The notes beneath the pieces were generated by a model, which did not search any database, had not been told where the DNA came from, and saw only the letters and a program-made list of their open reading frames with translations. A stretch of DNA of 64,000 nucleotides from a virus: IMG/VR virus record IMGVR_UViG_3300036826_000261, positions 8,693-72,692 of that record. One strand, 5' to 3'. The translations under genes were made by a program, and so were the position numbers. Below, piece after piece: positions 19,455 to 29,183 of this stretch. The stretch's first letter is position 1; every line of letters starts with the position of its first letter.

Positions 19455-21023
19455 ATGCCTGTCTCATTTGCCAACATTCCTGCCAACATAAAGGTCCCAT
19501 TGTATTGGGTCGAAGTGGACCCTTCGATGGCGGGTCTGCCAAGTATCAATCTACGCGCACTGTTGGTTGGTATCAAGACCACCGCAGGCGCGGCGCCGGC
19601 AGATATTCCGCTGCCGATCGGCAGTCAGGCGCAAGCCGACGCTGCGTTCGGTCAGGGCAGCGAACTGTCCCGGATGTTCACTGCGTTCTACGCCAACAAT
19701 TTCGCCAACGAGGTATGGGGCTTGCCGGTGGCCGAACCGATCGGCGGTGTCGCGGCGAGCGGCACGATCACGTTCACGACGCCACCGACCGCAGCCGGCA
19801 CTGTCGATTTCTATATCGGCGGCGTGCATGTGCCGGTTAACGTGGCGACGACGGACACCGTGACCACGATGGCGGCGGCAACCGCAGCGGCGATCAACGC
19901 GATGGATGAGTTGCCGGTGACTGCGTCGGCGGCGGTTGGCGTGGTGACGTTGACTTGTCTGTGGAAGGGCATTCTCGGCAACGACATCACGGTGCAAATG
20001 AACTACTACGGCACGCGCGGCGGTGAAATCACACCGCCCGGGCTCGCCGTGACGCTGCCGGCGACCGGTCAGTTGGCCGGCGGCACCGGCACGCCGATCT
20101 TTACCAATGCAATCCTCAACATGGGTGAAGAACCGTTCGAGTATGTCGCGATGCCGTACACCGATTCGACGTCGTTGGCGGCGTGGAACCAGGAATACGG
20201 TTTCACAGATACTGGACGCTGGGGTTGGCAGCGGCAATTGTTCGGCCATGTGTTCTCGGCCAAGCGCGACACCTATTCCAATCTGATCACGTTCGGCGGC
20301 ACGGTGAACTCCGGTGTCGAGTCGATCATGGCGGTCGAAGTCAAGGCGCCGTCGCCGGTGTTCGAATGGACGGCGGCTTATGTGGCCAAGGCGCAGCGCG
20401 CTTTGATCAATGATCCGGCGCGACCGTTGCAGGCGCTGACTTTGAACGAGATCAAGGCCGCGACGATCAACAACCGGTTCAAGTTCTCCGAATTGAACTC
20501 GCTGGCGTCAACCGGGTTCGCGATCCAGAAGATCGGCGGTGATGGTCAGCCGATGATTGCGCGAGAGAACACGACTTATCAGCTCAATCTCTACGGCCAG
20601 CCGGACGATGCTTATGAGCTGGTCACCACGCTGGCGACGCTGGCCAAGCTGCTGCGCAATCAGCGGCAGGCGATCACCAGCAAGTATCCGCGGCACAAGC
20701 TGGCCAATGACGGCACCAAGTTCGGACCGGGTCAGGCGATCGTGACGCCGGGTATCATCAAGGGCGAGCTGGTCGCGCAGTACAGTCAGGACATGTTCTC
20801 CGGGCTGGTCGAAGACCTGACCAATTTCAAGGCGCATCTGATTGTCGAGCGCGATCCCGACAATCCGAACCGCGTCAACGTGCTGTACCCGCCCGATTTG
20901 GTCAATCAACTGCGCATCTTCGCCGTGCTGGCGCAATTCCGTCTGCAGTACGATCGTGGCGTAGACACCGCTATCATCGGACCGGCATCGCCGCCGTTCA
21001 ACGCCGCGTCGGGCAACCCATAA
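19455..21023 (+). CDS. contractile tail sheath protein (Mu gpL-like)
   Basis: MPVSF.NIP...KVPL, FGQGSELSRM, DPARPLQ, KYPRHKLA.DGT, VERD..NPNRVNVL.PPDLVNQLRIFA. Confidence 0.95.
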   Translation: MPVSFANIPANIKVPLYWVEVDPSMAGLPSINLRALLVGIKTTAGAAPADIPLPIGSQAQADAAFGQGSELSRMFTAFYANNFANEVWGLPVAEPIGGVAASGTITFTTPPTAAGTVDFYIGGVHVPVNVATTDTVTTMAAATAAAINAMDELPVTASAAVGVVTLTCLWKGILGNDITVQMNYYGTRGGEITPPGLAVTLPATGQLAGGTGTPIFTNAILNMGEEPFEYVAMPYTDSTSLAAWNQEYGFTDTGRWGWQRQLFGHVFSAKRDTYSNLITFGGTVNSGVESIMAVEVKAPSPVFEWTAAYVAKAQRALINDPARPLQALTLNEIKAATINNRFKFSELNSLASTGFAIQKIGGDGQPMIARENTTYQLNLYGQPDDAYELVTTLATLAKLLRNQRQAITSKYPRHKLANDGTKFGPGQAIVTPGIIKGELVAQYSQDMFSGLVEDLTNFKAHLIVERDPDNPNRVNVLYPPDLVNQLRIFAVLAQFRLQYDRGVDTAIIGPASPPFNAASGNP

Positions 21024-21050
21024 GCATTTCTCAAATAGCAGGAGGATAAA

Positions 21051-21416
21051 GTGGCGACACGCTTCGCAGGGACCGCCTTTGTGTCGGTCGATGGTCAGCA
21101 ATACGCATTGCGCGGCAATTTGACCGTGTCTCCGTCACCGGTCGAGCGCACCATGATCGCCGGCCAGGACGGCGTTCACGGTTACCAGGAATTGCCGCGC
21201 GTGCCTTACGTGGAAGGTGATTTCTCCACGATCCCCGGCTTCAGTCTTGAGACGCTGTTGACGCAGACCGATTCCACGGTGATCGCGCAATGCGCCAACA
21301 CTTACGAGTACGTGCTGCACAACGCGGTGATCAAGGGCGGCTTCGAGGCCAACACCCGCGATGGGCAGGTGCGGATTCGCTGGGAAGGTCTAAATTGCGA
21401 AGAAATCCAACTGTAG
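21051..21416 (+). CDS. tail tube protein (Mu gpM-like)
   Basis: AGTA...VDG.QY.L.G, ER....GQDGVHGY.E.P..PYVEG; follows sheath. Confidence 0.9.
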   Translation: MATRFAGTAFVSVDGQQYALRGNLTVSPSPVERTMIAGQDGVHGYQELPRVPYVEGDFSTIPGFSLETLLTQTDSTVIAQCANTYEYVLHNAVIKGGFEANTRDGQVRIRWEGLNCEEIQL

Positions 21417-21418
21417 CG

Positions 21419-21506
21419 CGTCTAATCGCGACTTAGTCCGCACGTGAAGTCGGACAAGAGCTTAACAGCCGTCTTGCGACAGCCAGAGCGTCGTCGCGAT
21501 TAGGCG
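21419..21506. ncRNA. putative structured RNA
   Basis: 14-bp closing stem CGTCTAATCGCGAC/GTCGCGATTAGGCG enclosing an internal GTCCG..CGGAC hairpin. Confidence 0.35.
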
Positions 21507-21556
21507 ACAAGCAGACATTAGCACAAACCCCTGAAACAAGAAACGGAGCTGGGCCG

Positions 21557-21760
21557 ATGACTCAGCGCACTGACGATCGACGGCTGAAGCATTTCGCCTA
21601 CACGCATCTGCCGCCGGCCTATCAAGAAATCAGCAAGCCGTGCTGCGAGCTGGCCGAGCACATGGCGAAGCTGTTGCCGGACAATCCCGAACTGACGGCC
21701 GGCTTGCGCAAGCTGCTCGAAGCCAAGGACTGCTTCGTGCGCGCCCGCATCGAAGGCTGA
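21557..21760 (+). CDS. Acb2/Tad1-like helical hairpin protein (candidate nucleotide sponge)
   Basis: F.Y.HLP...Q..SKP..ELA......P..PELTAGLRKLLEAKDC.VRA. Confidence 0.55.
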   Translation: MTQRTDDRRLKHFAYTHLPPAYQEISKPCCELAEHMAKLLPDNPELTAGLRKLLEAKDCFVRARIEG

Positions 21761-21796
21761 ACAAACTCACCGGAAGCCAACACAGGAGTTGTTACC

Positions 21797-22225
21797 ATGT
21801 CGATAGCTGACGCTACCGAAAACGCTATTCTCTTGCTGATTTTCAACGCTACCACCTGGGCGAACTACGCCAACAATGCTTCGACGTCGCCGGAGACCAA
21901 CATCATTTGCGCGTTGCACACCGCAGACCCCGGTGACGCCGGCGCGCAGAATACGTCCGAGATCGGCTATTCGTCCTATGCGCGGGTCAACGTCGCGCGC
22001 ACCTCGGGCGGCTGGACGGTGACCGCCAACAGCGTCAGTCCGGTCGCCGCGATCAACTTCCCGGCCGGCACCGGCGGCTCCGGCACTGCATCGTTCTTCT
22101 CGACCGGCAAGTCCGGCGGCGGCGCTTCGCCGATTTTGTGGAGCGGTACAGTAACACCTAATATCGTGTGCGGCAGCGGTGTCACGCCGAGCCTCTCGAC
22201 GGCGACGACGATCACGCTTGACTAG
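21797..22225 (+). CDS. small tail/fibre-associated structural protein
   Basis: ENAILLLIFN..ALHTADPGDAG....E..Y.SYARV pattern common in phage tail regions. Confidence 0.7.
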   Translation: MSIADATENAILLLIFNATTWANYANNASTSPETNIICALHTADPGDAGAQNTSEIGYSSYARVNVARTSGGWTVTANSVSPVAAINFPAGTGGSGTASFFSTGKSGGGASPILWSGTVTPNIVCGSGVTPSLSTATTITLD

Positions 22226-22250
22226 GATGCAGCGTGAAAACCGGGAGATC

Positions 22251-22319
22251 ATGAAGGCGATCGTCTTCATGATTGTCGTCGGGCTGATCGTTTATGTTCT
22301 GGCGATGTGGCTGGGTTGA
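22251..22319 (+). CDS. 22 aa hydrophobic peptide
   Basis: MKAIVFMIVVGLIVYVLAMWLG, GGGAG RBS. Confidence 0.35.
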   Translation: MKAIVFMIVVGLIVYVLAMWLG

Positions 22320-22320
22320 C

Positions 22321-22425
22321 GTGATGCCGTCATTTGCGACGGCGATCACCTTGAGCCAAGCCTGCCAATACCCTGCTTGGCCTCGCCGGGGGCACGCCGT
22401 GACACGTCCCGCCAAACCATGCCTA
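22321..22425 (-). ncRNA. stand-alone GGY-NN guide-like RNA (mini-array 1) with terminal hairpin
   Basis: Minus strand TAGGCAT GGTTT GGCGG GACGT GTCAC GGCGT.. GGCA GGCTT; same start motif as the main array; hairpin 22321-22349. Confidence 0.75.
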
Positions 22426-22434
22426 AGAGCTTTG

Positions 22435-22463
22435 CAGCTAGGTGTGCTCAGCAGCCCTGTCAA
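22435..22463 (-). promoter_or_regulatory. sigma70-like promoter for mini-array 1
   Basis: TTGACA-N17-TAGCTG on the minus strand, about 9 nt before TAGGCATGG. Confidence 0.65.
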
Positions 22464-22483
22464 CCTGTGAAAGTAAATGAATC

Positions 22484-22942
22484 ATGGATAGTTGCAAGGC
22501 TATGCGAGAATGCCTCGAAGAGATGGATGTCGATGGCGCCCGTTCACTCTGGCATCTTATTGCGCCCAACATGCCGCAGCCGAGAAGTAATTACGAGGCC
22601 GCTTGCACATTGCACATGGCAAGGACAACCGCAACGTGGATGACACCACGTCAGCGTTATTACAGCCATCGTTGGTGCCTCGATCACGGCGTGATGTCAT
22701 TGCTGCCGGATCACGAGAAGCCGGCAGCCGAGCGGATGTATCCGCAAGTCGCAAGTTCGGTCGGCATCTCGGTGAAGGGGATATCCGATCTGACGGCGCC
22801 GGTGGTGCCGCATGTGCGCAGCGCGATGGAGCACGCGGTGCTCGAAGCCTACGCCGACGGCCGCAAGGACGACATTCCGCATATCAAGCTGCGGATGAAA
22901 GAGGCGCGCGCCACGACGATGCGCAAGCTGTTGGGGAAATGA
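22484..22942 (+). CDS. hypothetical protein
   Basis: 152 aa ORF with phage-like codon usage. Confidence 0.6.
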   Translation: MDSCKAMRECLEEMDVDGARSLWHLIAPNMPQPRSNYEAACTLHMARTTATWMTPRQRYYSHRWCLDHGVMSLLPDHEKPAAERMYPQVASSVGISVKGISDLTAPVVPHVRSAMEHAVLEAYADGRKDDIPHIKLRMKEARATTMRKLLGK

Positions 22943-22955
22943 ATGGAGTGTCCCA

Positions 22956-23228
22956 ATGGCTCAAACGCTGGTGCTGATCGATTACGATCTAGAGACCCAC
23001 GAAATCAGGAGGATTATTCATCCGGAGGACGATACGCAGATCGTCCAGCATCCGTGTGAGTCCGGCAATCATGAGCGATGGGGCCGCGTCGAAGCGGATC
23101 ACAAGCGCTTTCCGATCGTGATCGATGAAGCAGGAAACGCCCGGCCGCTGTACGGTTTGCAGGAATGCATCGACGAAGTTGAGCGCGTCACCGGACGTCG
23201 GCCGCGAATGATGCCACATAACGAGTAG
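22956..23228 (+). CDS. hypothetical protein
   Basis: GGAG RBS; precedes the large Gly-rich gene. Confidence 0.55.
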   Translation: MAQTLVLIDYDLETHEIRRIIHPEDDTQIVQHPCESGNHERWGRVEADHKRFPIVIDEAGNARPLYGLQECIDEVERVTGRRPRMMPHNE

Positions 23229-23233
23229 CCACG

Positions 23234-26200
23234 ATGGCTACTTATGTTTTTGTTGTCAGTGGCACGACGACCGGCGCACCGCCCGGTGATTATCAGGCCA
23301 CGGGCTCGACCTGGGACGTTATCGGCGGTGGTGGTTCGGGCGCAGTTGCCAGTGGTGGCGTGCAGCCGAATGCTGGTGGCGGTGGTGGTTGGTCGCAGAT
23401 CGTCAACGTCGCGTGGTCGTCGGCGCAGACCGTGCAAATCGGTCAAGGCGGCGCGGCGAAATCGACCACCAACACGGCCGGCGCGGCGGGCACCGCGACA
23501 TGGGCACGCATCGACGGTGGCGGCACCGCGCCTGCGACGACCGCGCAAGGCGTCTTAGCCAATCCCGGCAGTGGCGGCCTCGTCGGCAGCGGGACTGGCA
23601 CGGCCGGCGGTTCGGTCACCGGCGCAGTTGGCACCACGACGCGCGCGGGCGGCAATGCCGGCGCTGAAAATGATACATCGTACGCCGGTCCCGGCGCTGG
23701 CGGCGCAGCCGGTCCGGGCGGCGCGGGCGGCACGGGTGGCGCTGATTCGCAGAACGGTCCGTACGGCGGCTCAGCTGGCGGCGGCGCCAATGGCGGCGGC
23801 GGTGCAGGCGGCGCCACCACGGGCGGGCAAGTTGGCACCCAAGGCGGTGCGTCGATCTCGACCGGCAATCAGACCGGCGCATCGGGCGGCACCACCAATA
23901 CGGCGCCGACAGCCGCGAACGCGGGCAGCAATGGATCAGGCGGCGGCGGTGGCTCTGGTAGTACTTCGTCGGGCACGGCAGCCGGGCGCGGTGGCGACGG
24001 CGGCGCCGGCAAGGAATACGATTCGTCGCACGGCTCCGGCGGTGGCGGCGGATCGGGTGGCGGCAACACCGCAGGCGGCACCAACGGTCAAGGCGGCACC
24101 GGTGGTCTGTACGGCGGTGGTGGCGGCGCATCGGGCTCCGGCAGTTCGGGTCTCGGCACTTCCGGCGCAGGCGCGCAGGGTCTGCTCGCGATCACCTACA
24201 CGCCGAGCGGCGGGGCGCCGACGTGGGCCTTTGTCGGCGTCACAAGTGTCGTATCAGTTACAGCAGCAACGCACACGCTGAGCGAACCCGCAGGTGTGCA
24301 GCAGGGCGACTTGCTCGTTGCTGTGATTTCATCGCGTATTGCTTCCACGACATCGATCACCTTGCCATCTGGCTGGTCGCTGGTCGCTGAGGCAAAGAAC
24401 AATAACACGCTCACGACGTCGAGTGCCGCAGCATCCGGCATGATGGCGTACTGCGTGCGGGGCGCCTCGGCGCCAAGCTTTACTTTTACGCACCCGACTG
24501 CACCCAGTGTTGCGCTAGGCTATGTCGTTGCTTATCGCAACAACGATCCGAGCCCTTTGGACGTCCATACGGCTTGGACCACAGCGACGAACACGACAGC
24601 TGTTTCCGGCGCAGGCGTCACTACGGGTTTTGCTTCAGACCTGATCGTGGTTGGCACCTGTGGCGGTCAGGAGGCGACGTGGACAGCGTTGTCTGCGGCA
24701 ACCGATCCGTCCGGGGCTAGCGGCACTGGTGGCCAGACCGGAAACCCGGTGACGGGGTCTTGGCTGGAGCGCGCTGAAAACACTACTACGACCGGCGCCG
24801 ACACGTCGTTGGGAATCTTCGATGCGGTACGCGGCACGGCCGGCGCGACTGGCAATATATCGGTCACAGCCGGGACGGCTGCGGCGCATGTGCTCGTCAT
24901 TGGCGCCTTCAAGCTTGCGCCGCCCGCTGGCAATAACGGCGCGGCGGCGGGCACTGGTACTGCGAGCGCGGTCGGCACCGGGCTCAAGATCGCGCAGGGT
25001 GCCGCAGCGGGCACATCTACCGCGAGCGCGACCGGCAGTGGTGCGGGCAGCGGCCAAGGCGTCGCGAGCGGCACCGGTGCAGCGAGCGCGGTCGGCATCG
25101 GGCTCAAGATTGCGCAGGGTGCTGCAGCGGGCACATCTACCGCGAGCGCGACCGGCAGCGGCGGCGCTGTTGCTCCGGCTTTCGTGCAGCACGTTACGCC
25201 GAACGCGTTTCAAGGCGGCAGTTCTGCAAGTGCGACCGGCGCGGCGGTGGGCGTCGGCAATTGCGTCGTCGGCGCGGTGTCGTGGCAGCGCGCCGACACG
25301 CTCGATCTCACGTCGGTCACCGACGACAAGGGCAACACTTACACGATCGTGGATCGTGGAGGCGATCCAGGTAACGCACAGACTCACGTCACTTTCATTC
25401 TCTGGAATATCACCAACGGCCCTTCGACGATCACGGCGAACTTCAGCCAGTCTGAAGGCATCAACGACATCGTCTGGGATGAATATTCGGGAGTTCTGAC
25501 TACCGATCCGCGCGATGGTCACGCGATCAATCTGCAAAGTCCCGCCAGCAACACCACCGATGCGGCGACGTCGGGCAGCATTACGACCACCGTCGCCAAC
25601 GATCTGATCTGGTCGTCGATCGTTGATTGCCAAGGCTCCAGTCAGAACGGCTACGCGGCGGGCACCGGCTACACCAAGCGCGGCACGTTCTGGCTTTCTG
25701 GTTACGGCGCGACCGAAGACAAGACCCTGGCCACGCCGGGCAGTGTCGCCGGCACGTGGACGCTGACCACTTCGTCGGTTGTTGCGGTTGCGGTGATCGC
25801 GCTGAAGCCGGCTTTGCCGGCTGGTGCCGGCAGCGGTGCGGCTGCGGGCACCGGCGCCGCCAACGGCGTCGGACAATCGACGGCGGTGGCTGCCGGGTCG
25901 GCCGCCGGCACTTCGACCGCGAGCGCGACCGGCAGCGGAGCGAGCAACAGCACGGGGTCGAGCGCAGGCACCGGCGCAGCGAGCGGCGTCGGGCGCAGCA
26001 CATTCCTCGCCACGGCAGTCGCGACCGGCACGGGCGCGGCCTCGGCGACCGGGACTGCGGCAGCGGCCGGCACAGGCAATGCGTCGGGCGCGGGTGCAGC
26101 GTCCGCCACCGGGGCCGCCACGGTGGTGGCGACCGGCAGCACCGCCGGCACCAGCAGCGCGCAGGCGCAAGCCGCCGGGCAGGGCGCGACGTCCGGAACC

Positions 26201-27958
26201 GGCACGGCAACGGGCATTGGGCGGGCCACAGCCGCCGCTACAGCGGCGTCCGCCGCGACCGGCACCGCGACAGCCGCCGGCACCGGGATCGTCTCAGCGC
26301 CCGGCGCCGCTGCGGGAACAGGCGCTGCAGCGGCCACCGGGGCGGCGCTGTTCAGCGCCACCGGCAGCGCGGCGGGAACCGGTATTGCGCTGGGGGTGGC
26401 GCCGAGCCTTGGCAGCGCCACCGGCATCGGTGCGGCCAGCGCGGTCGGACAATCGACAGCGGCGGCGGTCGGCAGCGCGACGGCGACCGGCACCGCCACG
26501 GCGACCGGTACCGGCATCATCTTTTCGCCTGGGGCGGCGGCCGGCACCGGCGCGGCCAACGCCACCGGATCGGGCGTCGGCGTCACACAAGGCGCTGCCG
26601 CCGGCACCGGCGCGGCGTCCGGGGTCGGACAGTCTACAGCGGTTGCGACCGGATCGGCGGCGGGCGTCGGGGTCGCGTCAGGGGTCGGGCTCGCCAGTGC
26701 GCAGGGCGCTGCCGCCGGCCTCGGCGCGGCGTCCGGGATCGGGCGATCGACGGCGCTGGCGACCGGCAACGCGGCCGGCACAGGCACCGCGTCTGGAATT
26801 CAGCAAGGCACCTCGATCGCGGTTGCCGCCGGCACCGGGTCGGCACAGGCGCAAGCCGCTGGGCAAGGTGCCGCTGCCGGTCTCGGCGCGGCCAGCGCGA
26901 CCGGCCAAGCGACGGCGCGCAGCCCGGGCAATGCCGCCGGTACCGGCGCGGCACAGGCGCGAGCCGCCGGGCAAGGGGCGACGTCCGGCGTTGGAACGGC
27001 TTCTGGCATCGGCGCCAGCCTCGCCAGTGCGGTCGGCGCAGCGGCCGGCACTGGCACAGCGGCGGCGCAATCGTTGCAGGGTGGGCTCGGCAGCGCCGCC
27101 GGCACCGGTGTGGCGAGCGGCATCGGGCGATCGACGGCGGCAGCCGTCGGCAGTGCGGCTGGTCTCGGGTCGGCGGCGGCGGTCGCCAGCAGCCTGTCGA
27201 TTGGCGCGGCCACCGGCACCGGCGTGGCTTCGGCGGTTGGCGTCGGGGCGAGCAATTCGGTCGGCGCATCTGCCGGAGTCGGCAGCGCGGCGGCGCAATC
27301 GCTGCAGGGCACGGTCGGCGTTGCCGCCGGCACCGGGACGGCCACTGGCGCCGGGGCGGCGTTGGTTCGGCAGCCGGGCAGCGCGGCCGGGATCGGCGCA
27401 GCCAACGCGGTCGGCACCGGCATCTTTGTCGCGGTCGGGTTTAGCTCCGGTCTCGGCGGCGACACCGGCGAGGCGACGGCGCTGGCGTCGGCGCAAGGCC
27501 ATGCCGTCGGCACCAGCACGGCGACGGCGCCGGGCAGCGGGTTCGAGATCGGCGACGGCAGCGCCGCCGGTCACGGCGTCGCGACCGGTGTCGCCAAATC
27601 GGTCAATGCCGGCGTCGGCGCGGCGGCCGGGCTCGGCACGCTGCAGGCGGTGGCGCGGGTTATCGGTGCAGGCGTCGCGCAGGAAGCGTCCGATGTCGCC
27701 AATGGCGTCGCTTATTGGGTGCCGGAAGGCACCGCGCAGGAAGCGCCCGACACCGCGCACGGCACCAGCGGCAAGCGCTTCAGCGAGGATTTCATTGCCG
27801 AGATCGCGCCGCCGCCGGAGCTGGCGGGCGAGATCGAACCGACACCGGCGTTCACCGGGCGCAAGCGCTCGGCCGATCTGGTGGCGCAACTGTCCGCCGC
27901 GTCCGCGTTCACTGGGCGCACGCGCAACAGCCAAGATTTTATCGGACGCATGCCATGA
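23234..27958 (+). CDS. large Gly/Ala-rich virion fibre/decoration protein
   Basis: Polyglycine-rich N-terminus, two beta-rich modules, then more than 600 aa of GAAAGxGxA repeats. Confidence 0.8.
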   Translation: MATYVFVVSGTTTGAPPGDYQATGSTWDVIGGGGSGAVASGGVQPNAGGGGGWSQIVNVAWSSAQTVQIGQGGAAKSTTNTAGAAGTATWARIDGGGTAPATTAQGVLANPGSGGLVGSGTGTAGGSVTGAVGTTTRAGGNAGAENDTSYAGPGAGGAAGPGGAGGTGGADSQNGPYGGSAGGGANGGGGAGGATTGGQVGTQGGASISTGNQTGASGGTTNTAPTAANAGSNGSGGGGGSGSTSSGTAAGRGGDGGAGKEYDSSHGSGGGGGSGGGNTAGGTNGQGGTGGLYGGGGGASGSGSSGLGTSGAGAQGLLAITYTPSGGAPTWAFVGVTSVVSVTAATHTLSEPAGVQQGDLLVAVISSRIASTTSITLPSGWSLVAEAKNNNTLTTSSAAASGMMAYCVRGASAPSFTFTHPTAPSVALGYVVAYRNNDPSPLDVHTAWTTATNTTAVSGAGVTTGFASDLIVVGTCGGQEATWTALSAATDPSGASGTGGQTGNPVTGSWLERAENTTTTGADTSLGIFDAVRGTAGATGNISVTAGTAAAHVLVIGAFKLAPPAGNNGAAAGTGTASAVGTGLKIAQGAAAGTSTASATGSGAGSGQGVASGTGAASAVGIGLKIAQGAAAGTSTASATGSGGAVAPAFVQHVTPNAFQGGSSASATGAAVGVGNCVVGAVSWQRADTLDLTSVTDDKGNTYTIVDRGGDPGNAQTHVTFILWNITNGPSTITANFSQSEGINDIVWDEYSGVLTTDPRDGHAINLQSPASNTTDAATSGSITTTVANDLIWSSIVDCQGSSQNGYAAGTGYTKRGTFWLSGYGATEDKTLATPGSVAGTWTLTTSSVVAVAVIALKPALPAGAGSGAAAGTGAANGVGQSTAVAAGSAAGTSTASATGSGASNSTGSSAGTGAASGVGRSTFLATAVATGTGAASATGTAAAAGTGNASGAGAASATGAATVVATGSTAGTSSAQAQAAGQGATSGTGTATGIGRATAAATAASAATGTATAAGTGIVSAPGAAAGTGAAAATGAALFSATGSAAGTGIALGVAPSLGSATGIGAASAVGQSTAAAVGSATATGTATATGTGIIFSPGAAAGTGAANATGSGVGVTQGAAAGTGAASGVGQSTAVATGSAAGVGVASGVGLASAQGAAAGLGAASGIGRSTALATGNAAGTGTASGIQQGTSIAVAAGTGSAQAQAAGQGAAAGLGAASATGQATARSPGNAAGTGAAQARAAGQGATSGVGTASGIGASLASAVGAAAGTGTAAAQSLQGGLGSAAGTGVASGIGRSTAAAVGSAAGLGSAAAVASSLSIGAATGTGVASAVGVGASNSVGASAGVGSAAAQSLQGTVGVAAGTGTATGAGAALVRQPGSAAGIGAANAVGTGIFVAVGFSSGLGGDTGEATALASAQGHAVGTSTATAPGSGFEIGDGSAAGHGVATGVAKSVNAGVGAAAGLGTLQAVARVIGAGVAQEASDVANGVAYWVPEGTAQEAPDTAHGTSGKRFSEDFIAEIAPPPELAGEIEPTPAFTGRKRSADLVAQLSAASAFTGRTRNSQDFIGRMP

Positions 27959-28377
27959 ACCTTGTCGATCTGTTTGCAGGAGATGACTGGCAACTGAACT
28001 TCACGCTGCTCAACGCGGACGGCACGCCGTTCGATCTGACCGGCGGTCCGCAACTGCTGTGGACTTTGCTTAATCGGCTGAACCATCGGCTGATCGAATC
28101 CAACGAAGTCACTTACTCGATCACCAACGCGACTGCAGGTCAGTTCTCGGTATTGGTGCCGGCGATGATCACGACACGGCTGGCGGCGGCGATCTGCGAG
28201 CACGTGTTGCGGGTGATCTCCGGCGGTGTCGCCGCGACGCCATTCGCTGGACAGATCAACGTGCATGTCGATCCGTGGGCGGCGGCGCCGGCACCGTCGC
28301 AGAGCAACGTCGTCAACATGACGGCGAAGCTGCGTCGTGATCAGGATCGCGCGGCCGGCGAAGGGCGGGTCGGATGA
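27955..28377 (+). CDS. BppU-N-like Ig-fold adaptor
   Basis: GDDWQLNFTLLNADGTPFDLTG..TNATAGQFSV. Confidence 0.6.
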   Translation: MNLVDLFAGDDWQLNFTLLNADGTPFDLTGGPQLLWTLLNRLNHRLIESNEVTYSITNATAGQFSVLVPAMITTRLAAAICEHVLRVISGGVAATPFAGQINVHVDPWAAAPAPSQSNVVNMTAKLRRDQDRAAGEGRVG

Positions 28378-28748
28378 CCGTCAGCTATATCGCGGCGCTG
28401 AAGACCACGCGGATGCAGGCGGTGATCAACGCGATCGATGCCGGCACGGCGGGCACGCTGGAGATGGGCACCGCCGGTATGGGCACGGTGCTGGTGACGT
28501 TCAGCCTGAACAAGCCGTCGTTCTCGCTGTCGGGCGACACCATCACGATGATCGGCGCGCCGAAATTCGCTGCCGCCAGCGCCACCGGCACGGCCGCCAA
28601 TGCGCGGATCAGGAGCAGCACCGGCAGCGTCATCGTGTCGGGTTTGACGATCGACACCGCTGGCGCCGACATCAACTTGAACGACACCAACATCGTGGCC
28701 GGCCAGAACGTCACGCTGTCGAGTTTCTCGATTACGCATGCACCATAG
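28374..28748 (+). CDS. small structural protein
   Basis: A.ATGTAANARI...G......GADINL..TNIVAGQNVT pattern. Confidence 0.6.
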   Translation: MTVSYIAALKTTRMQAVINAIDAGTAGTLEMGTAGMGTVLVTFSLNKPSFSLSGDTITMIGAPKFAAASATGTAANARIRSSTGSVIVSGLTIDTAGADINLNDTNIVAGQNVTLSSFSITHAP

Positions 28749-28757
28749 GGAGAGCAC

Positions 28758-29183
28758 ATGAATAAGCCCGAACGCGAAGGCTTTGTGAAAGACGAACCGG
28801 TCGAGATGAAGGACGTCACGCCGCAACATGACACTGAACTGGATTTGCCGCAGGACGCGCCGGAATGGCCGCTGACGATCAAGCTGCTGCACAAGCCGAT
28901 CCAGAAATCGCGCACCGAGATGCTGCACGAGATCACGTTTCGCGAGCCGAATACGCTCGACATCGTCCGCTGCGGCGGCAACCCGTGTCGGATCGAAATC
29001 GCCGATGTCGGCGGCAGTCGCGCGGTGTTCAACGCCGTGATCGACGACCGCAAGATGATGACGCTGATGGCCAATCTGTCCGGGCTGCTGGAGCCGCAGA
29101 TTCAGAAGATGGACCCGCGAGACTATAACAGTTGCGCTTATCGGTTGCGCAGCTTTTTTCTCCCGGAGCAAGGTCTCTTCTAG
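28758..29183 (+). CDS. tail assembly chaperone
   Basis: IKL..PI......EITFREP...DI; L..M...D; ends RSFFL; upstream of the tape measure gene. Confidence 0.8.
   Translation: MNKPEREGFVKDEPVEMKDVTPQHDTELDLPQDAPEWPLTIKLLHKPIQKSRTEMLHEITFREPNTLDIVRCGGNPCRIEIADVGGSRAVFNAVIDDRKMMTLMANLSGLLEPQIQKMDPRDYNSCAYRLRSFFLPEQGLF

Noticed and set aside
25627-27986. Long alternative-frame and antisense ORFs within the Gly/Ala fibre gene (also within the collagen gene)
   Set aside because: Shadow ORFs expected from GC-rich repetitive coding sequence
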